A DNA stretch of 64,000 nt from Hydrolagus colliei. Lineage: Eukaryota. Made by a program: the position numbers and the translations under genes. Under the pieces are notes generated by a model, which worked only from the letters and a program-made list of their open reading frames with translations, was not told where the DNA came from and did not search any database. Below, piece by piece: positions 13,035 through 25,034 of this stretch; the stretch's first letter is position 1; each line of letters starts with the position of its first letter. Location: the NCBI GenBank assembly GCA_035084275.1, contig JAYJKW010000344.1, positions 248,001 to 312,000 on the forward strand. Direction: 5' to 3'.

Positions 13035-13931
13035 CGAACCTGTTGACCATTGTGGTCCTGTCCCGCGGGAAGTGTGGTCTCTCCAAATGTACCAGCCGCT
13101 ACCTGGTGGCCATGGCGGTGGGTGATCTACTGGTCGCCATCAACGATGTGCTATTGAACAAAATCCGTCCTCTTTATTTCCCTGACGGATTTCTGGATAT
13201 CACTCCCGTGTGTTCTCTCAGAATTACACTGCTTTCAGCTGCGGGACATCTTTCAGTCTGGTTCACAGTGGCTTTCACCTTTGACCGCATGGTCGCTGTC
13301 TGTTGGCTGAAACTGAAAGCTAAATATTGCACCGAGAGAACAGCAGCCATGGTTATAGCAGTGATCTCTGCTCTGAGCTGTTCGATCAGCGTTCCCTGGT
13401 ACTTTAGTTATGAACCCTTGGGGATACTGGGCAATGTGCCTTGGTATTGCATTAAGAAAGCAGCTTTCTACACCTCTCTAATGGATTGTGTTTCACTGGT
13501 TAGACACAATTATAACCCCATTCGCTCCATTCTTTCTGATTTTGCTGTTGAACGCGGTGACCGTCAGACACATATTAGCGGCCAATAGAATCCGCAGAAA
13601 TCTCCTTCACCAGAATAGTGAAAGCGGTAATGATGCGGAGATGGTGAATCGAAGGAAATCCATTATTTTGCTCTTCACCATATCGGGAAGCTTCATACTG
13701 TTGTGGTTGATGTACGTTTTCGAATTCATACTTTCTCGAACCTTGGACAGTTTTGCCTGGAATCATTACACAGACCCAGTGTATGTTTACACGCATGTGT
13801 CGGACATGCTGATGCTTTTGAGTAGCTGCACGAACACCGTCATTTATGCGGTGACACAATCTAAATTCAGAGAAGAAGTGAAAATTCTGGTGATATATCC
13901 ATTTCAACAAATTCTTCAACGTGCTAAATAA
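13035..13931 (+). pseudogene. GPR139-like class A GPCR paralog 1, main exon, frameshifted
   Basis: Acceptor ttgtcttacag at 13034. Motifs NLLTIVVLSRGKCGLSK, LAMAVGDLL-like TM2, AFTFDRMVAVC, SSCTNTVIYAVTQSKFREE. The frame changes at ~13480 (TCT CTA A TGG ATT), so the TM5-TM7 half lies in a second ORF (13488..13931). Confidence 0.85.
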
Positions 13932-14869
13932 TGGACGACCTTAATCTCGGCTAGTAAATGGTTGACCAGGAATAACACCACTACACAAAATAGTTACAGT
14001 TCTGCAAGCTTATTCAACAACTCTGTTTGGGTCAGTTTAACAATTGAAACTGTTTGATAGGCTGAAATGTCTCCTTGCTGTTCCCAAATGGAACACCCAG
14101 ATTAATTTGAAATTAAGGTCACACAAGGTCAAATTCCTCGACGTACCAAAGATATACTCTTCTAGTTTAACACTAAATAATCACCATCCCAGTGTAGCCA
14201 GGCATTCCAAATTAATGGATTGTACAAATATGAGTTGATTGTGGTAGTTGACTCAGTTAACATCTGAAGAAGGTAAGAAAAGCGTGAGATTAAATCAGTG
14301 AAGAAGAAGTAACAGATAAACGGTGTGTGTAGAGATGCTAGCGAAGTCGATATTGAGATTTTTGCTGAAATGTAACCAGTGAATAATTTATTACAGTTTG
14401 TGAAAATTTTAAGGGAAAAAACTTCACCATTCATTTCAGATTAGTAAATATCAGTCACTAACAGCGGCTCCGAATTGTGACATTTGATGTGCAAACAATC
14501 CTGTAATTCTGCTGTGGAAAATACATGTACTGTTAGCTGAAGTGCACATTGCCTCCAATATGTTTGTATTTACTTACGCATTCATTTACCCAGCCAATAA
14601 AGCAATATTTACTGGATTTATACAAAAATAACTAATGTGTCATCTTTCATTCTCCTCGTCTTCAACGAGGTGTTTGTTCAATTAATGTTTGTTTGAAATA
14701 TAATTATATTCATATTAGCAATGGTCGATTTTGACAGGGCACTTTGTCAGCCACATGTATGTCTGCCGTGGCGGGAGCCGGCGGGTACTGAGTACGTGGT
14801 TGATAATAGTGGATCATGGTCTCCTGATACACCACATCAAAGGCTGGTAATATTTCCACTGTCTCTCCA

Positions 14870-15250
14870 TCTCTACACTGAGAATTCCCACTCGGCAGCT
14901 CCTGCCGCTGCCTTGGTATATCCTTCTCCGGGAAGCGAGTGGATGGTCCAACATAGGAAATGGTCTAAGGAAGTAGATCTATCTCTATTGAGAGTTCCTG
15001 CTGCAGTTTTAGTTTCTCCAACCAGGGGAAAGAGTCTCCCACTACCTACCCTGTCGTTCCCCTTAATAATTGTGTAGGTTTCGATAAGGTCAACTCTAAT
15101 TATTCTATATTCTAGAAAATGTAGATCTAGATTGCTCAACCTATACTGATAGACCATCACCTGATGCCAGGTACCAACCTAGAGAATCTACGTTGTATTC
15201 CCTCCAAGGCGAGTACGTCCTTTCTTAAATAAGCAGACCATAATCGTACA
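14870..15250 (-). mobile_element. CR1 LINE 3' fragment
   Basis: Minus ORF 14873..15160: LEYRIIRVDLIETYTIIKG...LFPLVGETKT. Confidence 0.75.
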
Positions 15251-15569
15251 CAATATCCTATGTGAGGCCAGTGTAGATTCCCTGCATGTGCAGTTGTAAT
15301 TTGAATTTTATTAATTGGAGAATTCATTATTTTTCTTTAACTGAGTCGTATAACTGAGTATCGACAGTTCTAATCTAAAGCTTTCTCTCTCTGGCCCCTC
15401 CGGAACTCTCCAAACAGTTCCATCACCAATCCGCCTCCACTCAAATCGCATCAGCCTCCTGGAGCATCCCTCCCAGCTATCGTGCCACAATCAGACATCA
15501 CGCTTTCTATGACGCCAATCTCTGGGACATTATCCCTCAGTGTGGAGTTCCTGAATCTCATTGGTTAGA

Positions 15570-15880
15570 GCAATCAGCTTAGAATTATGAGGTCTGTTTT
15601 GAAAACCAGTGAGATAAGGACGAAACCTTTGGCAAGTGTTCTTTCTGCACACATGAGCCTAATGATAATCCATTCAGAACAACTTCAATAATAAAAATTG
15701 GCTACCCAAACCACGACTGTTTGTGTGCCACTGCTGCGTGCAATTCGCTGCTGAGTTTCGCCCATAACTGTACATTCAACTCACTTGATAGTATATTCAG
15801 TAAAGCTCTTTGAGACGTCGATAAGATTTGAAAATCGCTATGTCAAATGCAAGGATTTTTATTATTATTATTATTACTCA
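15570..15880 (+). mobile_element. tRNA-derived SINE
   Basis: Body ccacgactgtttgtgtgccactgctgcgtgcaattcgctgc; tail ttgagacgtcg...aaatgcaaggatt(tta)n. Confidence 0.75.
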
Positions 15881-16492
15881 CCACTATACTAACGAAGATT
15901 CACATGCAATTGTATGTTAAATGTGCATTATATATATGTGTAGTGGATTGTGCTGCGCTGTGATTTCTGCTGTAATGTCAATCAATACAGCTACAGCAAT
16001 ATATCATCATTATTGCAGCAACAAGTGTCTTCACAGTTAAAGCGTTATTCATTCACTGTTAAATTGCAGCACAATAAATATTGCTACACGGGAACTTTAT
16101 ATATATATATATACACAAACACTTTTTCTTTGTTGCGCTCCTGTGGCGTTGTGTGATATCCTGTTGTGAGCCAGGCGGATCTGCATGGCTGTAGGACACT
16201 GATCATGACAGACCACACAGTGGGGAGCATTGGCAGAAATTGGGTGGAACAAACTCGACTCTGGGACCGAGATTCTGCTGTTCTTCTCCTGAGGAACCCT
16301 CAGAATCATGCCGCTGGCTTGTCTGCTGTGAGCCTCGCCGTGCAAAAAGCCGAAACTCGGACGATTGCGTTTTCAACAAATAATGATAAAAATGATAGGT
16401 TTATTTGATGTCGCGACTTACTGGTTCATCAGGTCATAAAACAACCTCCTTCACCAACAACAGCCATGTGTGATGACATAGATACCACATAG

Positions 16493-17488
16493 TCTGTTCC
16501 GTCGATAAGGATATTTTCCGATTAAATATATCGATGGGCTCATATCGAGATATACCGAAATATTGATATTTTCGGGTTTTGCGGCGCGGGCATTCGGAGT
16601 GTGCGGGCGTTCCGTGTGCGCGCGCATTCTGGGTGCGCGCGCATTCGGGGACTATTTCCTCAGGAGGTAAATATCCTTCTCTCTCTGTGTCTCTCACTCT
16701 CTCAACCTCAGTGTTTTTCTATCTGTGTGTCTCTGTGTTGCTCTCCCTGTCTCACATCGCCCCCGTCTCTATCTATGTGTATATTATCACATACACCCCG
16801 TTTCTCCTCCCACCCCGACGTGCCTATCTCGCAACCCCCACCCCCGTCGTCTCTCTCCCCCACCACCCTCCCAGCCATCCCTGTCTCCCTCCCCACCCCC
16901 CGCCGTCTCCCACTCCCACACCCCTTGCCGTCTCTCTCCCCCCCCCCCAGCCGTATCTCTCCCCCCAGCCGTCTCTCCCCCTCCCCCCAGCCGTCTATCT
17001 CTCCCTCTCCCCCCAGCCGTCTTTCTCCCCCTCTCCCCCCCACCCAGCCGTCTCTCTCCCCCTCTCCCCCTCTCACCCACCCCCCCAGCCGCCTCTCCCC
17101 CCCCTTCCCCCCAGCCGTCTCTCTCCCCCTCCCCCCAGCCTTCTCTCCCCCCTCACAGCCACCAGCCGTCTCTCTCCCCCTCCCCCCAGCCTTCTCTCCC
17201 CCCTCACCCCCCCCAAGCCGGCTCTCCCCCCCCCCCCCCACCCCTTGCATACCTGTATATTGTATTCGTGGACTATGAATACAATATGGCGACTTTGCAA
17301 CTCGGTCAGTGCATTGTGTATAGAGTTGTGCATTCTGGGTCTTGTAGTTCAGTGTGCTCGCATACCGGTTTTTTTACCCAACACCTAGAATTTTCGGTAT
17401 ATCGATATTGTTGAAATGTCTATATCGGCATATCGTTCTGAAAAATCATATCGGGTTTAGCGATATATCGATATATCGCCGGACTCTA
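16493..17488. mobile_element. Probable non-autonomous hAT-type DNA transposon with an internal C-rich tandem array
   Basis: Clusters of ATATCG/CGATAT subterminal motifs at both ends. Imperfect TIR (tctgttccgtcgata vs tagagtccggcgata). Flanking 8-mers ccacatag / cctgatag (6/8) as a candidate TSD. Confidence 0.6.
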
Positions 17489-18291
17489 CCTGATAGTATA
17501 TCATCATCCACAATATATTCAGTTCATGTTGCTACAAATGAACTTCAGAAGGAGATTGATCAGGATGTTCCACAGCATAAAGAGTAATTGATGAGGAAAT
17601 TCCTGCACTGGATCGTATCGAGTGTTGTTATAATACATTATTGGCTTCTCTCCATCTCATCGCCTTCCGTAATTTCATCGACAATAATCGTGTTGCCCTT
17701 CAGTCACAAGGCACCAGCCGCTGGAAATCTATCTCGGTATCTGCCCCTCAATCACTCTCTATCTTCAATGGAAAATATCACCGCTCACTTCCTTTATCCT
17801 CAACACCAAAGTCACCAACCTTGGAGATTGAGGTCTAAACTTTCCACTGTGTATTTCCTCATGTGATTTGCAAGTTGTTGTTATAGAATGATAAAAAGAT
17901 TTTCAACATCTGACTGCGGTTGATATAATCTAAACTGGATGTTCCATACTGGAGGGGGAGAAACGATTCTGTCGAATATTCGTCTGATCCATGTCACTGC
18001 TTCAAGTGTACTGGATTCTGTTAGACAATCGTTTCATAATTTAAAATGAACGGGAACTGATTCCATATTTTCGCATCATGGTCTTCAACTGCATTAGCAA
18101 ATGAATTCAGTTGAGCAGCAATAACGATTTTATTTTTACATGCTGCCTGAAATGTTCACAACTGTATCTGCCTCTACAAAACATAATTTGATTTCATGAT
18201 TGTGGTATATGTTTTCTTGCCAGAACCATTTGAATTTTGAAAGCGGGTGCCAATACTTAAGAATAAGTTTGTAAATTCAAAGTGAAATTAA

Positions 18292-18364
18292 TGTTTACAC
18301 CAGGTTTCAACTCTTGGACCTTTAACGTGTTAGGCGATCGTGATAATCACTACACTATGGAAAC
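18292..18364 (-). pseudogene. tRNA-Val(AAC) pseudogene
   Basis: gtttccatagtgtagtgattatcacgatcgcctaacacgttaaaggtccaagagttgaaacctggtgtaaaca; 73 nt, colinear with vertebrate tRNA-Val-AAC; anticodon stem and B-box disrupted. Confidence 0.85.
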
Positions 18365-18837
18365 TTCAGTGACCTATATTCATCGAGAGATGAATACAAA
18401 ATCAATGATGGCTTTCAGATCTTTCACGAAACTGAAATGCAGAATTGGGATTTAACTTACAGGTAAATATAAATTTTCAATGGATCTTTCGAATGCTTGT
18501 TCAATACGTGTTTTCTAAACTCTAATAATAGGAAGGTCACAAGAATTTAGGGCTTACAGTCAAGAAATCAACGACAGCTTCGTTACAATAATTTCTGAAC
18601 AAAAGCATCTGAATCTAACAATCAGTGTAATTTCCAACAATTTGTTCAGTGGGAAGCAAGCCGTTAAATCAAAATATCTCCACAACGAGCATCGGTAGAG
18701 TATCCTTTAAGCATTCCTTGAGATTATTACTCAATTCTATCATCAAAGTCTATCCACTCAGGCCATCGTCACTTCAGGGTCCACTTTAAAAATTATTAGG
18801 GAGAGAGTTGGTGGAATTATTATGCAAAGAAACATCA

Positions 18838-18918
18838 GAAAGTATGGCTGTGTGGATAAGGCGCTGGATTTAGGTTCCTGTCCCTTCGAAGACGCGGGTT
18901 TGAATCCCTCCGCCATCA
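18838..18918 (+). pseudogene. tRNA-Leu(TAG) pseudogene
   Basis: ...taaggcgctggatttaggttcctgtcccttcgaagacgcgggtttgaatccctccgcc, colinear with vertebrate tRNA-Leu-TAG including the long variable arm; acceptor stem degraded. Confidence 0.85.
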
Positions 18919-20007
18919 AATATTTATGATCCTGTTTATCTTGTACAGTGTCGACGTCAGATGTGTTTGGTGAACAGAAACAGATGTGTACGGATAAGTA
19001 CCAGGATGATCCCATCTTTCAATGATCAACCAAAAGACAGCATTTACTATCAAAGAGTCAAATAACCTGTGATACTTGTAATTGCCAGTCGATCACTTTC
19101 AGTCCAGCCCAAATAGCCTTTATCCACTAATTGCATTCACGGGCAGGAGGTAAATATCTTCTGACATGCAACCCGTCGTTGAATTCCGAAGGCACGTAAA
19201 CGAAAAGAGGTGGAAAGTCACTGACGTTCACAGAAAAAAGAAAAAACTAAATACGGTTGTGAGTTTTTAATTTCAAAATCCAGAAGCGAGCAACATATTG
19301 AATTTCACAATACTTCTTGGTAAAATGTTCTTTCAAAACATGAAAAAAAGAACTAGTTTTCAGTTAAGGTTGATTATCTCATATAGTTCTAACCAGCTTT
19401 CAAACTATTCTTACAAAACGCTGTTTCTTAATTATTGTATAGATTGAAGGAAATTGAATTTTCAAGCCAAGTTTACTTGATATAAAAGCGTTTTGTGGGT
19501 GATCCCAAAGTCTGTTAAGCAAACAATTACCCATAACAGAGTGGTCAGCGTCTAACAAAATGCGACGTTTCCCGTTTATCTAAATCTCAGCATTATTTGG
19601 ACCAGAAGAGCACTGGCCAAGTCTGAGTGACCAGAGATTTTGAGCTGCGCGGAACTGCTGCGTTTGAACCAGATAAACGAAAAAGTACCGCCTGGTGGAC
19701 CTTTGTTTCAAATAGCATTCTCCTTGTGTTGCTGCCAAATTTCCTCGGTTAAACTGGAGATTAAATTTGTAGCATTGGTTTTGCAGGAGAACCTGTGCAG
19801 CTTTCATGCACATTTTGAAATCTGTCAACTCTGACAGCAAAAAACACCTAATTAAGAACTCCATGTCATCTCTGTGATGCGATAGCACGTTATGTGAAAT
19901 GTAAGGAATCAAATCGAATCGAAGGGCAAGTGGAAGTAGAGAACACTCTACAAAGTAATTGTTTGAAGACAAGAGATTCTCTAAATAATTTTCATGCTGG
20001 TTTGTCT

Positions 20008-20089
20008 GTAGCCGTGGCCGAGTGGTAAAGTCAGTCGACTAGAAATCCATTGGGAAACTGCTCACAAGGTTTCGAATCCTACAACAACG
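20008..20089 (+). pseudogene. tRNA-Ser(AGA) pseudogene
   Basis: gtagccgtggccgagtggtaaag...gactagaaatccattggg...ttcgaatcctacaacaacg; 82 nt, colinear with vertebrate tRNA-Ser-AGA. Confidence 0.85.
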
Positions 20090-20726
20090 AGTACTGCACA
20101 CTGTATTAAGAAATGTGGACTAGTTGTTGTAATATTAGCACACTGGTACTAATCACGTATTGTGGAAACATTTTATTACCACAAAGATATTTCGTGAAAG
20201 TAACGAGACATTCTAATTTTCTAATGTGAAGTGTACCTGACTGAAAGATTGTCTTCATGATACTGTAATTAATAGTGATTTTGTGATATCTGTTCTAACA
20301 CCCGTCGCCCCCCACAACCCCGCCCACATCCCCTCTCGCCGTCTATTGCACAAGCTCCCTGTCAATCCATACCCATCTTTCCCAACCTCTCTCACTCCCA
20401 CCCCCTCACTCTCCCTAGCCTGACAGATTGATGCTAAGCCTTCTGCTCAACATTTAGGCGAAACCTGTCCTGAGCCATTTTCACTCTTTGCTTCTCATAA
20501 GAGGAGACACAGTATCAAAATTTAAAACAAATGAAACTGATAGCTCTAAATTGAGATGAACTAAATTTTCTGTTTAAAAAGGTATATGAGTGTCCTTATG
20601 TTTACATTGTTCCACTTCAAATTATTCTAACACAGTCGTGGTATGGTGCTGCGCTTCGTTGCTAAAATCTTAGAACAAACAGATAAGAGTCCAATTGATA
20701 GCTCTCGTGAATGTACACCACAGCGG

Positions 20727-20798
20727 TGACCTCAATGTGACTTGAACACGTAGCCTTCTGACCTGGAGTGAGACGCGCTTCCATTGCACCACGAAATC
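20727..20798 (-). tRNA. tRNA-Trp(CCA), mildly degenerate (likely pseudogene)
   Basis: gatttcgtggtgcaatggaagcgcgtctcactccaggtcagaaggctacgtgttcaagtcacattgaggtca; 72 nt. The cloverleaf is mostly foldable, with one mismatch each in the anticodon and T stems. Confidence 0.8.
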
Positions 20799-20909
20799 AA
20801 TAGCTTATCTCACATAAAAGGCTCAGTTGTAGAGGAGTGAAGGAAAACAGAAAACGAGATGGATTTAAAACAAAATTTGTTGAGTAATTTTCAGATTAGT
20901 ATGAAATGT

Positions 20910-21297
20910 TCGCTTTGGAGATTCATAGATTCATTGAATTTTACGGCACAATAGGAGGCCATTCGGCCCATCTAGCCTGTGCCGTCTCTTTTGAAAGAGC
21001 GATTCAATCCCACTGCCCTGCCCGCTCCCCATAGCCTAATATACCTGTTCTCCCTAAATAAAGATCTAATTCCCTTTCAAATGTTGTTGTCGAATCAGCC
21101 TCCACCACATTTTCAGGCATTGCATTCCAAATTCGAACAACTCGCTGAGTGAAAAGAATTCTCCTCAGCTCCCCTCTACTTCGCCTTGAAACTATTTAAA
21201 TCTGTGACCATGAGTCACAGATTCGCCCACGAGTGGAAATAGTTTTTCTCTATTTGCCCTGTCGAAACCCCTCATAATCTTATAAACCTCTATTAGG
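20910..21297 (-). mobile_element. CR1 LINE 3' end, inverted, abutting the next CR1
   Basis: Reverse complement closely matches 22187..22560, including the tail. Confidence 0.92.
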
Positions 21298-22575
21298 ACT
21301 CTTGCCTTACAAATCTGATAGAATTTTTTGATGAGGTATCGGAATGGGTGGATAATGGTAGCGCAGTTGATGTAGTTTACATCGACTTTCAAAAGGCATT
21401 TGACAAAGTGCCACATGAGAGACGTATGATGAAATTAAAGGCCCATGGCGTAAAAGGGACAGTGGCAGCGTGGATCCACAACTGGCTGCGAGACAGAAAG
21501 CAGAGAGTTGTAGTGAGCGGCTGTTTTTCAGATTGGAGGGAAGTGAGCAATGGTGTGCCACAGGGATCAGTTTTGGGACCATTGCTGTTTGTAATCTACA
21601 TCAATGATCTGGACTTGGGTGTACGGAGTACAGTTTCCAAGTTTGCAGATGACACTAAGTTAGGGAGAATAGTAAACAGTGAGGAGGATATTAGCCATCT
21701 GCAGGAGGATATAGACAAATTGGTAAAGTGGGCAGACACATGGCAGATGAAGTTTAATGCAGAGAAGTGTGAGGTGATGCATTTTGGGAGAAGAAATGAA
21801 GGGAGGCAATATAGGCTAGATAGTACAATTTTAAATGGTGAGAAGGAACAGAGAGACCTGAGGATTTGTGTTAGTGACTCGTTGAAGGTAGCAAGACAGG
21901 TAGACAAGGCTGGTAAGAAGGCATATGGGATACTAGGCTTTATAAATAGGGGTATAGAGTACAAAAGTCAGGAAGTGCTGACTAACCTCTATAGGACTTT
22001 GGTGAGGCCTCAGCTGGAATACTGTGTTCAATGCTGGTCACCACACTACAGAAAGGATGCGAAGGCATTGGAAAGGGTACAACGAAGATTTACTAGGATG
22101 GTGCCAGGATTGAGGGACTTCAGCTATGAGGAGAGGCTAGATAGGCTAGGGTTATTCTCTCTGGAGCAGAGAAGATTGAGGGGAGACCTAATAGAGGTTT
22201 ATAATATCATGAGGGGTTTCGACAGGGCAAATAGAGAAAAACTATTTCCACTCGTGGGTGCATCTGTGACTCGTGGTCACAGATTTAAAATAGTTTCAAG
22301 GCGCAGTAGAGGGGAGCTGAGGAGAAATTTTTTCACTCAGCGAGTTGTTCGAATCTGGAATGCAATGCCTGAAAAGGTGGTGGAGGCTGATTCGATAACA
22401 ACTTTTAAAAGGGAATTAGATCTTTATTTAGGGAGAACGGGTCTATTAGGCTATGGGGAGCGGGCAGGGCAGTGGGATTGAATCGCTCTTTTCAAAGAGC
22501 CGGCACAGACTAGATGGGCCGAATGGCCTCCTTTTGTGCCGTAAAATTCTATGATTCTATGATTCTATTCTATGT
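21298..22575 (+). mobile_element. CR1 LINE, 5'-truncated, with an uninterrupted RT C-terminal ORF (21348..22481) and (attctatg)n tail
   Basis: SCLTNLIEFFDEV, VYIDFQKAFDKVPH, GVPQGSVLGPLLF, SKFADDTKL, RRLRGDLIEVY; 3' UTR hairpin and octamer tail. Confidence 0.97.
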
Positions 22576-22889
22576 CATTTTGTTTAAAGTGTTGTCTGAA
22601 GATCACTTGAGTGGTCACCCTTCCCAAATCTAGAGCTGTTTGTTACCCTTGTCTTACATCCCTACCTGGTCAGCCGGCTCCCAGACTTCGGCTGCCATCT
22701 TTAACGTAAAGAATAACATTGCCTTTCGACCCAATCCGCTCGCAACCCACGCCCCCTCCCACCACTTTTGCTGACCTGCACTCCACGCTATGAAACAAGT
22801 GAAAATGTTCACCTTTAATCTGATTGGAACTGTGTAAGCGACAGAGAGAGAGTGCTTGTGAGACTATCTTTAATATGTTTTAATTCCAG

Positions 22890-23174
22890 ATCCGCTCCAC
22901 AAACCCACCATTTCCCTGAAACCACATTTCCCGGTGATTGTGAGCGGTGACAATGCGGTGATCTCGTGTTCTGGGAACTATCCTGGCAGCAACTTCTCTT
23001 TATACAGAGACGGCGAGTTTATCACATCACAAACTGCTAGAAATAGTAACAACACAGCCACATTCATCCCATTGGAGATCAGTGCAGGAAATTACACATG
23101 TAAATATACCACACAAAAAGGCAGCCGAGATTTCACATCTCCAGACAGCGAACGACTGGGAATCACTGTCTTGG
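22890..23174 (+). CDS. LRC-type (LILR/FCAR/GP6/OSCAR-like) C2 Ig domain exon D1
   Basis: ttccag acceptor, gtaag donor, 285 nt, phase 1-1: DPLHKPTISLKPHFPVIVSGDNAVISCSGNYPGSNFSLYRDGE...AGNYTCKY...SPDSERLGITVL. It has KP-x-I-S-L, two Cys, F-x-L-x-R-D-G in place of the canonical Trp, and a C-terminal S-xx-S-xx-L-x-I-x-V. Confidence 0.9.
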
Positions 23175-23379
23175 GTAAGAGTTCAGTAAAATCACACACA
23201 ATAACCTACTTTGTTTTTAAAATTTCCAGCAGCTCTTTCTGTCACCAATCTTTACACCATCGATCAACTTTCCATGTTGTCTCCTCGAGTTGTTTGTAGC
23301 CGGGTAAAAACTCAATAAAACAGTTTCCAAACCCCCAACTACCGAGTGACAGCCAAGCAGCTCAATGCCTGTGTCCCCT

Positions 23380-24330
23380 GTGCGTTGCTCCCTGGCACAT
23401 TATCACCTCCCCTGGTCATCTCTCCACCCTCTCCATCCAAATTCCCCCTTATCCCCATCTTTCACCTTCGTCCAAACCCCCTCTGTCCATCACATCCCCT
23501 CCTCCTCCCTACTTCCCCTCTCTACCCCAGTTCCCATCCCCCAATCTCCCAAGCGATCGTCACACAACAGATTCTGCGACCTTCGCTGCGTAGTGGCCCA
23601 GCGAATTTTCTGCCCTTCTCCGCCTTCTCGCTCTCCCCGCCCTCTCGCATCCGGAATCCCCTACATTACCACCTCTACTACTCTCTTTCTCACTGCTTCA
23701 ACCCCACCACCTCTCCTCTCCCCATCTATTCCCTAGCTACTTGGTTAATCTCACATCTCTCCTCCCTCCACGCATAGCACTCTCTCTATCTACTTGTCAC
23801 CCCAATCTACTCCAATCTCCACATGCTAAGACACCTCTCTGCCACCTCTTACCCATTCTCCCACACGTTCCCAACTTTTCATTCCTCTCACGTATCCGCT
23901 GTAACCAATCGCTGCCACAAATCGCTGCCATCGGCTTTCCCGCTCGGGCTATCTCCCAGGGGATAGAGCTCGGCTGGGGGAGGGGCTGATCTGGGAGAAT
24001 GGCTGAGCAGGAGGTGTGGATGACATGGGGGAGGGGGCTGAGCTGCAGCTTTGCGGCTGAGCTGGGGAGGGATTGAGCTCTGGTTGGGGTCAGTGGATGA
24101 TTGAGATGGGTCGAGTTCGTATTGAGGGCTGTGCTGGGGTTCAGGTGTCTTCTGGGATTTGGCGCTGAGTGGGTGTTGGGGGCTCGTCTGGTTGTGAGAA
24201 CTCAGCTGTTGATGGGGCCTGAGATGGGAATGCGGCTGAGCTGGCGGTGGGGATAAGATAGTTGCTAATCTGAATGTGGGACTGCAATGGGGGTGGGGCT
24301 GAGACTGAGTTTTAGTCAATGAGTCGCACC
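23380..24330. mobile_element. Degraded L2-like endonuclease-region fragments in both orientations
   Basis: PHVPNFSFLSRIRCNQS-like EN segment on plus (23860-23930); C-rich/G-rich strand switch at ~23960. Confidence 0.4.
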
Positions 24331-24750
24331 ATCTCAATCGACTTTGTGTGCATTTGTGGCTCCTGAATTATTGGATTCATTCCCCGATCGCGATCGTATC
24401 CTGTTGTTTGATGATGTGTCTGCAGAGCACAAGAGAAGGTCAGACTTCATTCGTGTCACCCTGCCCAAATCTGGAGCTGAGTGTTACCTTAGTCTCACTG
24501 CCCTATCTGGCCAACCCGTCACAACCATCGTCTTCCATCCTTTAGTTTAACGAAAAACTTGCTTTTGTCTGCCACTCACCCCCTCCCAACCCCCCCACCC
24601 CACTTCCCACCCCCTCACCACACTTAAATTGGCTTGGTCTGTACTCCACGCTATGAGACAACTAAATGGTCACTTTTATTCTGAACCGAACCGAGTACTT
24701 TTCACTTTGCGCGTTTTTATGACATAATCTTCATCGCTTTTTCATTCCAG

Positions 24751-25034
24751 ATCCACTCCAGAAACCCAACATTTCCCTGATCAGCGATTCGCGAGTATCT
24801 GTGAGCGGTGATATCACTGAGATCTCCTGTACTGGGGAGTATCCGGGCAGCAATTTCTCTTTGCACAGGACGACAGGTTTATCACATCACAACAAACTCC
24901 ACAGAATAACCACACGGCCACATTCATTCCATCGGAGATCAGTGCAGGAACTTACTGGTGTAGATACAGCGCACAAATAGAGGGCAGAGAGTTCACATCA
25001 CCAGACAGTGATCGAGTGGAAATCTCTTTACCGC
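24751..25034 (+). pseudogene. LRC-type C2 Ig domain exon D2, 1-nt deletion frameshift
   Basis: Paralog of D1 with intact ag/gt sites but 284 nt long. cacagg-acgacaggtttatc vs tacagagacggcgagtttatc marks the deletion (~24869). The corrected reading is DPLQKPNISLISDSRVSVSGDITEISCTGEYPGSNFSLHR...AGTYWCRY...SPDSDRVEISLP. Confidence 0.88.

Noticed and set aside
16216-16260. CACAGTG heptamer as a possible RSS
   Set aside because: No nonamer at a 12- or 23-nt spacer and no adjacent V/D/J-like sequence
16579-17414. Long Pro/Ser-rich and Gly-rich ORFs
   Set aside because: Artefacts of the C-rich tandem array; the same applies to ORFs at 23.3-24.3, 40.2-40.7, 47.0-47.5 and 53.1-53.4 kb
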